Positions 29,318-36,982 of a DNA stretch of 64,000 nt are shown piece after piece. Under the pieces are notes generated by a model that saw only the letters and a program-made list of their open reading frames with translations, did no database searches and was not told the origin of the DNA. The stretch is from a virus, in IMG/VR virus record IMGVR_UViG_3300050139_000095, positions 1 through 64,000 of that record; one strand, written 5' to 3'. Each line of letters opens with the position of its first letter. The stretch's first letter is position 1. A program made the translations under genes and the position numbers.

Positions 29318-29345
29318 GTTGGATGCTTTTTAAAAAGGAGATTGT

Positions 29346-29576
29346 ATGAAAAGCTTTATTATTCTTGTTCTGGTCTTGTTAAGTGGATCTGTTTTTGCGG
29401 CAGCACCTGCACCGGCTCCGAAGCCCAAACCGGCTCCGAAACCTGCACCGCCCGTTCCTGGCATTTGCCGAATCGACGCCCATGGCAACAAGTCGATTCT
29501 TGATGCTCAGAAACGCGCCAAATGCACGCCTGTTGCGAAAGCAAAAGCGAAGGCAAAAGTAGCCAAAAAGAAGTAA
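29346..29576 (+). CDS. Small secreted Pro/Ala/Lys-rich protein
   Basis: AAGGAG SD. Signal peptide MKSFIILVLVLLSGSVFA|AA, then APAPAPKPKPAPKPAPPVPG, two Cys and a KAKAKAKVAKKK tail. Confidence 0.7.
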   Translation: MKSFIILVLVLLSGSVFAAAPAPAPKPKPAPKPAPPVPGICRIDAHGNKSILDAQKRAKCTPVAKAKAKAKVAKKK

Positions 29577-29606
29577 TATTTTGTTGTCATTGATGGGGGA
29601 GATCGT

Positions 29607-30851
29607 ATGCGAAAACTTTTGAGTGCGTTGATCATGGTCATGTCGGTTGGTGCCTTCGCGGGAACCAATCCTGATCTTTTGCAGAACGACGATTTCAAAA
29701 GTCTCGCGGATCTCACCAGCAATGGCAGCAACGTCACTCACCTTCTAAATGATACGAAAATTTATGTTTCCACCACCGGGATCACTGAACAGCTTTCATC
29801 AGCGATTACCGATGGGAATTTGTTCAGGGCCGCATCGGTCTTGACCACCAAGGGTGATACCCCTGGCTTCAGCACCACCACTGTTCGCGTTCCCGTGGGA
29901 ACTGATGGCCAGGTCTATACCGCCGATTCAACGACTGCGACAGGAACTAAGTGGGCAGCGCAAGCTACCGCTCCGACAGATCCGAATGATCTTCAAAACG
30001 TAGGAATAAAGACGAGTGTATCTTCGAGCGCGTTGACGGTTACGTTGACTCAGGCCGATGGAAGTACGGCACCGTCTGTCGGAAGCCCGGTTCATATAAG
30101 CTTGAGGGGATCTACTGAAGGCGTAGGGAGCGTTTCTCTATATAATCAAAGGGCCGTAACGTCGAGTATTTCGCTCACTGTTCCAGCGGGAGCTACACTT
30201 GGTTGTGCGGCTGGGAATTGTTACGTGTACGTCTATGCCATTGATAATGCGGGAACAGTTCAATTGGGCGTTGTATCGAATTATAAGTTAGATGAATCCT
30301 TGCCATGGAGTACGGCAACACTGAATGGATCGTCGAATACCAGTGGTGGATTATACTCTCCTGGATCAATCGTTAGTAGCGCACCAGTGAGATTCTTGGC
30401 GCGTCTGCGCACCAATGAAGCTACGCCTGGTCAGTGGGTTACAAACACCTTGGCCAATGATGGACCTCAAGCGGTCGATCTGCGTGGAGTGACTTTCCAA
30501 ATTCCACAAAACAACCGAGTAAATGACAGATCACCGACGATCATAGCTGGCGTGATTGGATGTTCAGCGAGTCCGACTATTATCTCTGATCCTTTCGGAC
30601 AGATCGCTTCGATCACAAGGAACGGCGGCGGAGATTGCACAATCAATTTCCGATCTGGTTTTAACGCCGGAGCCGGAAATGCGATATGCACTTGCTCGAT
30701 CTACAACGTGCAGAACAACATTTTTTGTCTAAATCCACCTGGCTCTGTATCGGCGACCAGCTATAGAATTATTGGATCACTTGATGGCGGCGGTGCCGTT
30801 GATACTAACTGGTCGTTTATCTGCGTTGGCGCTAACATTCCTGGAACTTAA
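29607..30851 (+). CDS. Signal-peptide-bearing fibre/adhesin-like protein 4
   Basis: GGGGGAG SD. Signal peptide MRKLLSALIMVMSVGAFA|GT. The N-terminal module LQNDDFKSLADLTS...LLNDTKIYVSTTGITEQLSSAITDG is shared with the next gene. Confidence 0.75.
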   Translation: MRKLLSALIMVMSVGAFAGTNPDLLQNDDFKSLADLTSNGSNVTHLLNDTKIYVSTTGITEQLSSAITDGNLFRAASVLTTKGDTPGFSTTTVRVPVGTDGQVYTADSTTATGTKWAAQATAPTDPNDLQNVGIKTSVSSSALTVTLTQADGSTAPSVGSPVHISLRGSTEGVGSVSLYNQRAVTSSISLTVPAGATLGCAAGNCYVYVYAIDNAGTVQLGVVSNYKLDESLPWSTATLNGSSNTSGGLYSPGSIVSSAPVRFLARLRTNEATPGQWVTNTLANDGPQAVDLRGVTFQIPQNNRVNDRSPTIIAGVIGCSASPTIISDPFGQIASITRNGGGDCTINFRSGFNAGAGNAICTCSIYNVQNNIFCLNPPGSVSATSYRIIGSLDGGGAVDTNWSFICVGANIPGT

Positions 30852-30864
30852 ATTGGAGATGCGT

Positions 30865-33759
30865 ATGAAAAAGATTATTTATTTGTTGCTGATGTTTGCT
30901 TGTTTAAATTCATACGGTGTCGGACGGCTCCAGAACGAAGACTTCAAGAGTCTTTCTGATCTGACTTCAGCGGTCTTGTCCACCACTGGGAACCTCACAA
31001 GCGGATCTCCGTGTATCTCTTCACCGGGATCAGTGGCCAAGCTTGGTGTCGGGCAATTTGTCTATGACGTGACCAATCCCCTATTCATTCCATCAGGAAC
31101 AACCATCATCGGTCTTCCTGGATCTTGCTCTGTTGGACAGATTAAATTGAGCGCCAATGCTATAAGCAATGCGACCGGAGACAATATTACGTTTGGCGGA
31201 GTTGTCTCTTCGCTTTTGAATGATTCAAAAATCTACGTGACCGCGAACAACATCAACGACCAGTTGTCGAATGCGATCTCAAATGGTCGCATCGGTGGCG
31301 CTGGCGGAGCCGGTGGTATAAATACTCTCGCGACGTTGAACTGGGACTTCGAGGCCGGTTCAGGTAACTGGACGGCATCGGGCGGGACCTTCTCCGTAAT
31401 CACGGTGAATCCTTTGTTCGCGCAAAAATCAGGCTCATGGACTCCGACTGCGGCTGGACAGAATTTCGATTCGGCCTTGGTGAATACTCCGATTGGTCTT
31501 CAGGGGACGAATAGCTGTAGCGCATCCATTTGGACTAAATGGAATGGAACTTCAGGAAATATCGTTTTTGAAGTTGTTGATGGATCAAACAATCTGATCG
31601 CCAGCACAAACCTTCCATCAATTGGTCAGGCAACCAAGACTCAGTTATTTTTCGCATGTCCTGCGACCATGAGAACACGGCTCACATCTTTGGCGGCTGA
31701 GTCGGCAGTCATCATGGACAATACGATTTTAGGCCAAGATTCTCTTGTCGCTTTGGGTGACACGAATCCAATTTGTACGATCATCGCGAGCACACTGACG
31801 GCTGATTTTGGTGATTACAAAGTGGCCGATGGCAGAGCAATTTCTAGAGGAGATTTCAGCGATTACATGTCTAATTGCGGAACCACCTTTGGATCTGGCA
31901 ATGGATCTACCACTGTGAATTTGCCGGATATGCGCGGCAGATTTTTGCGTGGCGCTGACATAAATACCAACGTCGCAGCGTCGGGCCGCGATCCAGATGG
32001 TGCTTCGCGCACGGCCATGAACTCAGGCGGTAATACGAGTGTCCTTTTGCCTGGCTCGATCCAAGGCTCTCAGTTCACATCCCATAATCACACTATTTGG
32101 GGAAACAATGCCGGTAACGTGAGTGCCGGAAATCGTTTTATTATGATTGCATCACTCGCTGATCCTATTGGCACAGATGGAATTGCAAACGCTGGCGATG
32201 CAATGCGAGACATCGGTAACGTGCAAAATGCAGGTGGAAGTGAAACTCGTCCTATCAATGCGAACGTATCTTATTTCATCAAGGTCCGTGGAGGAACGAC
32301 TCAGACGGCCATGAACATCACAACGGTCGGATGGCATGTCGATGCAACGATCACGGGACCAAATCCAGTATCAAGCGGCGGCAACGTACCAACTCTGACG
32401 GTGTGGCCGGGTATTGCTGGAATGGTTCTCGCAAATTCATTGGGGAACAATGTTATCCCTTCGATGATTGCTTGCTCAGGATCTTTTCCTCCAACGGGAA
32501 CGACTTGCACATCTGGAACTCCGCAACCTGGAATTTCATTCATAGCTCCGGTAGCTGGTGACGTAAGAATATGCGCTCAGTTCGGAACAGAATTAAACGA
32601 GACCGCGACAGGACGACTATTCGGATCATTCACTTTGGCAGAGACTCCGGCCAACAGCGACTCGACCATCATTCAAACTGGCAATGCGATTACGGCATGG
32701 GAGTATCCCAGCGGGTTCAATGGGATCACAAATATCCACAGCAATTTGTGCGGTACATTTCACTTCACTTTTGCTGGCCAACATACGATCCGATTATTCT
32801 ACGCGCAAAATGCGTCAGGAACTCTGACCTCTAATCCGATCATTCTCGCTGACGGATCTATCGGTGGCCGCAATATTCACTACACGGTCATTCCGATAAA
32901 CCAGAATGTTCCGGCTCCTGTGTTCGCAGACATCACGACCTTCAAGAACAATCTTCTTGCGGTCGGAAGAAACTTCATTGATGGATTTCAAACGTCAGCT
33001 TCCGGATCGTTCATGACTATTGGCGCTGGAGCGGCGAACGATAGCACCAATACGGTCACGATAAGTTCGCCAACTTCGTTTACGAAAAACTTAGCGGCAG
33101 GATGGTCGGCTGGATCTGGAAACGGTGGTCTTGATACAGGATCAGCAACAGCCAATTCTACTTACAATGTGTTCGTGATCGAGAATCCTATCTCTGGTGC
33201 AGTAGATATTTTATTCTCATTGTCTCCGACGAGTCCGACCATGCCAACGGGCTACACATTGAAGCGTAGAGTATTTACGATGTACGCTGGCGCTTCCGCT
33301 GGTCAATGGTTTGGCTACAGGCAATTTGGCGAGAGAGTTTATGTAAATTCGCCACAGGTTGGATCATCGTCGTTATCCATTGCTCCTGGTGTTTACACTA
33401 CCAATCTAAGTTTCGTTCCTACTGGTATCCAAGTCGAAGCCGATTTTAATTTTGGTTGCGGCGGCGTGAACAATCAAGTGACTGGATTCGGATGGATCGC
33501 TCCGACAACAATCACAGCGCCAGGATCTCAGACGCTGACTTATGGCGGTAACGTAGAGAATGTAAACCTAATGTGTAGCGGTGGTCACACGGCTGGGGAA
33601 GCTACGCTCCTTTACCATCAGAATAAAGTAACAACCAGTGTTTGGACCAACACATCGGCTCAAGTTAACTTAACTTTCAGTTCTGACAATTCAACGAACA
33701 TAGCTTACATCCTCTATGTGGTTGGCTGGACTGACCACCGGGGAAAAGACGGGATCTAG
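30865..33759 (+). CDS. Signal-peptide-bearing fibre-like protein 5 with phage tail-collar domain
   Basis: TGGAG SD 6 nt before the ATG at 30865 (the track ORF opens at 30772 inside the upstream gene). Signal peptide MKKIIYLLLMFACLNSYG|VG. Collar motif GDYKVADGRAISRGDFSDYMSNCGTTFGSGNGSTTVNLPDMRGRFLRG. Confidence 0.75.
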   Translation: MKKIIYLLLMFACLNSYGVGRLQNEDFKSLSDLTSAVLSTTGNLTSGSPCISSPGSVAKLGVGQFVYDVTNPLFIPSGTTIIGLPGSCSVGQIKLSANAISNATGDNITFGGVVSSLLNDSKIYVTANNINDQLSNAISNGRIGGAGGAGGINTLATLNWDFEAGSGNWTASGGTFSVITVNPLFAQKSGSWTPTAAGQNFDSALVNTPIGLQGTNSCSASIWTKWNGTSGNIVFEVVDGSNNLIASTNLPSIGQATKTQLFFACPATMRTRLTSLAAESAVIMDNTILGQDSLVALGDTNPICTIIASTLTADFGDYKVADGRAISRGDFSDYMSNCGTTFGSGNGSTTVNLPDMRGRFLRGADINTNVAASGRDPDGASRTAMNSGGNTSVLLPGSIQGSQFTSHNHTIWGNNAGNVSAGNRFIMIASLADPIGTDGIANAGDAMRDIGNVQNAGGSETRPINANVSYFIKVRGGTTQTAMNITTVGWHVDATITGPNPVSSGGNVPTLTVWPGIAGMVLANSLGNNVIPSMIACSGSFPPTGTTCTSGTPQPGISFIAPVAGDVRICAQFGTELNETATGRLFGSFTLAETPANSDSTIIQTGNAITAWEYPSGFNGITNIHSNLCGTFHFTFAGQHTIRLFYAQNASGTLTSNPIILADGSIGGRNIHYTVIPINQNVPAPVFADITTFKNNLLAVGRNFIDGFQTSASGSFMTIGAGAANDSTNTVTISSPTSFTKNLAAGWSAGSGNGGLDTGSATANSTYNVFVIENPISGAVDILFSLSPTSPTMPTGYTLKRRVFTMYAGASAGQWFGYRQFGERVYVNSPQVGSSSLSIAPGVYTTNLSFVPTGIQVEADFNFGCGGVNNQVTGFGWIAPTTITAPGSQTLTYGGNVENVNLMCSGGHTAGEATLLYHQNKVTTSVWTNTSAQVNLTFSSDNSTNIAYILYVVGWTDHRGKDGI

Positions 33760-33817
33760 GCAACCTGTCCTTGCGTGAAATGACGTTCTGAATCAACATA
33801 AGGTCGTGGGGGTTACG

Positions 33818-34420
33818 ATGCTTCATGACCTAGTTTTAAAGAACGTAATTGAAATCAGCGGATACGCGGTCGTGGCCCTGTCGTTCGTTGCCGTAGCCTT
33901 GGTGCGAACTTGGTTCTCAAATAGAAAATTCTTTGACGCTGCCAAGATGATCAATCGCAATAGCAATATCAGGGATCTTCTTGTCGAGTTGAGAACCGTT
34001 CAAAACGCCGACCGCGCAAAGCTGTTCCAATTCCATAACGGCGAATATTTTGTGTCCGGCGAATCGGTCATGAAGCTTTCGCTCACCCATGTAGCCATGA
34101 AGACCGGGATCTCGTTCCCAGAGATGAGCGCGTCCTACGTTTCAGTCCCGACTGGATATTTGACCAGGACTCTCGCGGCCATGCATGAAGACGGAATCCA
34201 CGAAGTCTTCACCGATGACTCTGAGGACGACTTCTTTCTAAAGCATGTTTTCGTGGCGGAAGGCATCCAGTATTGCCTTATGGCTCCGGTCATGGACAAT
34301 AAGAAGAACTGGGTGGGATTTGTAATGTGCGTGTGGTTGCACGATTCAAAGCCGCACACCTTGCCGAAGGAACTCGAACACTTCACGGCAAAAATTGGGA
34401 GTGCTCTCACTAAAAAATAA
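33818..34420 (+). CDS. Membrane-anchored hypothetical protein
   Basis: ATG at 33818 after GTGGGGG. One N-terminal TM helix (VIEISGYAVVALSFVAVALV) and a soluble C-terminal domain. No family recognised. Confidence 0.6.
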   Translation: MLHDLVLKNVIEISGYAVVALSFVAVALVRTWFSNRKFFDAAKMINRNSNIRDLLVELRTVQNADRAKLFQFHNGEYFVSGESVMKLSLTHVAMKTGISFPEMSASYVSVPTGYLTRTLAAMHEDGIHEVFTDDSEDDFFLKHVFVAEGIQYCLMAPVMDNKKNWVGFVMCVWLHDSKPHTLPKELEHFTAKIGSALTKK

Positions 34421-34447
34421 GGTATAGTTGGCTCTCAGGGGGAGAAC

Positions 34448-34810
34448 ATGGCAGTTCAAATAAATCAGGGCAGCATCAAAGTCTTCACGATTTCTCTCCA
34501 GCGCGTCGATGGACAGCCCTACCCTTTGAATGATGCTACCGAAATCATTGTGTCTTTGCCGCTCAATGATCCGAACAACCCGGACACTTTGAAACAGCAA
34601 TTCCTTCTCTCGCTAGGCGAGGTCGCAATCGTTTCTGACATCGGCGGAAAGATCCAAGTCACTTGTTCTGGCATCAAGACCACACTTTTGAATGTCGGCG
34701 AAGAGCAAGACGGCGAGGCTTTGGTCGTGCTGTCTGGCGACGTAAACAATCCTGTCATCGTTGATTTGACCGGCGAGTTCACTATAAACAAACGCCTCTT
34801 CACAGCTTAG
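34448..34810 (+). CDS. Hypothetical beta-rich protein
   Basis: GGGGGAG SD; 120 aa. No family recognised. Confidence 0.6.
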   Translation: MAVQINQGSIKVFTISLQRVDGQPYPLNDATEIIVSLPLNDPNNPDTLKQQFLLSLGEVAIVSDIGGKIQVTCSGIKTTLLNVGEEQDGEALVVLSGDVNNPVIVDLTGEFTINKRLFTA

Positions 34811-34826
34811 AAAATAAGGGTATAAT
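34799..34826 (+). promoter_or_regulatory. Putative sigma70-like promoter (TTCACA-16-TATAAT)
   Basis: TTCACA at 34799-34804, a 16-nt spacer, and TATAAT at 34821-34826, 28 nt before the ATG at 34854. The AAAATAAGG-TATArT context recurs at 34415-34428. Confidence 0.4.
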
Positions 34827-34853
34827 TCTCCTATCCAACGAAAGAGGTAGAGA

Positions 34854-35408
34854 ATGAAAACGCTTATGAATTGTTTTGTGAAAAATATGAACATGCTGAT
34901 GATCGGCCTTTGTCTCTTGATGTTCGCTCCGCTCGCGTTCGCGCAAGCCGCTGGCGACATCGACATCGGAACATTCATCAATCAGGTCGTGGCCGACGCA
35001 CAGACCATCAATGGCATCTCCGGCTCTGCACTGTATCTTGCCATTGCTGCCGTTTTGATCCGCGCTCTTACAAGCTTGGTCAAGGTGTCCTTCCTACGGA
35101 ATCTGATCAAATGGGATAGCTGGTCCAACTCACTGAAGATGCTCTGGGCACCGGCTCTTGGTGTTTTGGTGATCGCGGTTGAAGTGCGTCCCTTTACGCT
35201 TGCCGCAGTCGGTGTTGGCCTCTTCACGGGTATCGGCGCTATCGCCATGCATTCGCTCCTCGACACGGTTGAGGGATTGCCAGGCATCAATGCGACGGTT
35301 CTCTTTGTGATCAAATTGTTCTCGACAATCTTGGGTGGTAACACGCCTCAGTTGTTGGCTCACGAAGCTGAAAAGAAGGCCCTTAAATTGGCCAAGAAAT
35401 CCGCGTAG
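34854..35408 (+). CDS. Multi-pass membrane protein with signal peptide (holin-like candidate)
   Basis: AGAGG SD. Signal-like N-terminus ending LAFA|QA, followed by about three hydrophobic helices and a charged C-terminal tail (AEKKALKLAKKSA). Confidence 0.6.
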   Translation: MKTLMNCFVKNMNMLMIGLCLLMFAPLAFAQAAGDIDIGTFINQVVADAQTINGISGSALYLAIAAVLIRALTSLVKVSFLRNLIKWDSWSNSLKMLWAPALGVLVIAVEVRPFTLAAVGVGLFTGIGAIAMHSLLDTVEGLPGINATVLFVIKLFSTILGGNTPQLLAHEAEKKALKLAKKSA

Positions 35409-35419
35409 TTTTAATTCGA

Positions 35420-35447
35420 GGAAGGGCTATCGTCTGGTAGCTCTTCC
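35420..35447 (+). terminator. Hairpin after membrane-protein gene (terminator-like, no U tract)
   Basis: 10-bp stem GGAAGGGCTA/TAGCTCTTCC (one G-U) with an 8-nt loop. The right arm overlaps the first 4 nt of palindrome copy 2. Confidence 0.35.
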
Positions 35448-35459
35448 AATCGATTGGAA
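35444..35459. repeat. Copy 2 of 16-bp palindrome family (TTCCAATCGATTGGAA, perfect)
   Basis: Read directly. Intergenic, 20 nt upstream of the ATG at 35479. Confidence 0.9.
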
Positions 35460-35478
35460 TCCAGAGTAATCTCACTCT

Positions 35479-36375
35479 ATGAGTTTAGTAAAATCGCTCG
35501 CACAAATGACTCAAGCGGCAGAGGACACAAATGTAGCCATGTGTTCGATTGCCAATTTTATCGAGCCAGGCGCAGATCCAAATGATCCGTTCGATAAAGC
35601 GCAAGCGATGCAGTATTTTCCTGAGTCGATCAAAATTTCCAGATCAACAGATTACGCAAGCAAAAAACCAATCGGTGGATCACATCCTGTTTATCAGTGG
35701 ATTCATGGTGGCGAGCGTACACTTTCTTTCGATGCGGTCTTCACCGCCGAAGTTGATCTTTGGAAACAAGAGGACACGGGCTTGATCGCTTCGGCGGAAG
35801 CCGTTGGGCAAGCGGTTGGAAATTTTCTGAAAAATCCCTTGAGTGCCGGTGCCGCCGCTTTGCGCGGGAAGCCTGACTACGGGCCGAATCATGTCGATGT
35901 CGCTGCCGGTGTGTCATGGCTGATGAGCAAAACATATCCAAGTTACTCGAAAACGGGCCGCGCTTCGCCGCCGCCGAAGCTGGAAATCTATCTGCCAAAT
36001 TCGGGAGTCGCGACCTACATCAAAGGCGTACAATTAGCAGACACGTTTTTCTGCATCATGACACGCTGTAGCGTAAATTATACTGCGTTCTTCCGCTCGG
36101 GCGCTCCGCGCATCGCGGAAGTATCCATGGACTTCGATGAGATCATTCAGGTCGGAAGCCAATGGGGATTCGTCCCGCGCCAGTCGTTCGCATACAACGC
36201 GGCTACATTGAAGAAAGCCAATGACCTTGGAATTAAGGCGCAGACGATGAAAACGGGATACACTAAGAACGATCCGAATTTCCCGCCAAAGCCGCGCCAA
36301 GCTGACAACGCATTGACTGGAGATTTGGGCTTGATCTCAAAAATTTCATCAATCAAAATACCAGGAACGGCGTGA
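35479..36375 (+). CDS. Contractile-tail tube-initiator/baseplate-hub-like protein (tentative)
   Basis: MQYFPESIKISRSTDYASKKPIGGSHPVYQWIHGGERTLSFDAVF resembles the F.(F/Y)NPE...G...P..Q...GG.RTL.F..F N-terminal pattern of tube-initiator/LysM-hub proteins in contractile systems. Confidence 0.45.
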   Translation: MSLVKSLAQMTQAAEDTNVAMCSIANFIEPGADPNDPFDKAQAMQYFPESIKISRSTDYASKKPIGGSHPVYQWIHGGERTLSFDAVFTAEVDLWKQEDTGLIASAEAVGQAVGNFLKNPLSAGAAALRGKPDYGPNHVDVAAGVSWLMSKTYPSYSKTGRASPPPKLEIYLPNSGVATYIKGVQLADTFFCIMTRCSVNYTAFFRSGAPRIAEVSMDFDEIIQVGSQWGFVPRQSFAYNAATLKKANDLGIKAQTMKTGYTKNDPNFPPKPRQADNALTGDLGLISKISSIKIPGTA

Positions 36376-36384
36376 GGTAATTTT

Positions 36385-36570
36385 ATGGAAAAGAAAAATG
36401 ATATTTACGTGATGGGCATTGAAGGCGAGACTTATGCTGAGTTGAGCAAGATCGCCAAGAAAGATAACAAGTCGGTCGCAGATGTAACGTCTGAAGCACT
36501 GAAACGTCACATTGACGAAAAGAAAAAAGTTAACGAGAGCACGGAGCCACGGCTCCTGATGGAAGGTTAA
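36385..36570 (+). CDS. Small RHH-like protein
   Basis: IYVMGIEGETYAELSKIAKKDNKSVADVTSEALKRHI fits a strand-helix-helix pattern; 61 aa. Confidence 0.5.
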   Translation: MEKKNDIYVMGIEGETYAELSKIAKKDNKSVADVTSEALKRHIDEKKKVNESTEPRLLMEG

Positions 36571-36571
36571 T

Positions 36572-36922
36572 ATGGCACTGAATCCGACGCCGACATATTC
36601 GCAAAGTTCAGTCTCTGGCGGCATCCCGCAAGCGGTTCCGGAGTATGGCTATTTCACTTCTGGAAATGCGCCTGATGCCTACCCGGCCAATCCTGGTGTT
36701 GGATTTTACCAGTTCGGATTCCTTTCGAGCACTTTGGTAATCACCAACGAAAGTGCCAATGATTTGGTTTATCAATTTCTCTCGAACCAAGGCAGTACGC
36801 CAGACAACGGTGTGGTCAAGGCAAATACAACTCTTGTGCTTCGCGGAGCGCGAACAAAGGGATTGTCGTTGCGCAACCGTGCCGCTGGGCAGGTCGCCGC
36901 ATTCATTTTGACCGCATTCTAG
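36572..36922 (+). CDS. Hypothetical protein
   Basis: GGAAGG SD; 116 aa. No family recognised. Confidence 0.55.
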   Translation: MALNPTPTYSQSSVSGGIPQAVPEYGYFTSGNAPDAYPANPGVGFYQFGFLSSTLVITNESANDLVYQFLSNQGSTPDNGVVKANTTLVLRGARTKGLSLRNRAAGQVAAFILTAF

Positions 36923-36924
36923 GT

Positions 36925-36953
36925 TTGACACTTTCCTTTACAACCGCGATACT
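36925..36953 (+). promoter_or_regulatory. Putative sigma70-like promoter (TTGACA-17-GATACT)
   Basis: Perfect -35 TTGACA at 36925-36930, a 17-nt spacer, and GATACT at 36948-36953. Lies 30 nt upstream of the dehydratase ATG and is overlapped by a 13-bp inverted repeat. Confidence 0.4.
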
Positions 36954-36975
36954 TTTTGTAAAGCGGTTGTAAAGG
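36935..36975. repeat. 13-bp perfect inverted repeat (CCTTTACAACCGC ... GCGGTTGTAAAGG), 15-nt spacer
   Basis: Read directly. The left arm is 36935-36947 and the right arm 36963-36975. It spans the promoter spacer, the -10 element and the 5' UTR. Confidence 0.85.
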
Positions 36976-36982
36976 GAGTTAC

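Noticed and set aside
19465-33759. Diversity-generating retroelement or invertible fibre-switching cassette
   Set aside because: No reverse transcriptase, no template/variable repeat pair and no invertase/recombinase gene were seen in the window. All fibre genes are co-oriented with intact starts.
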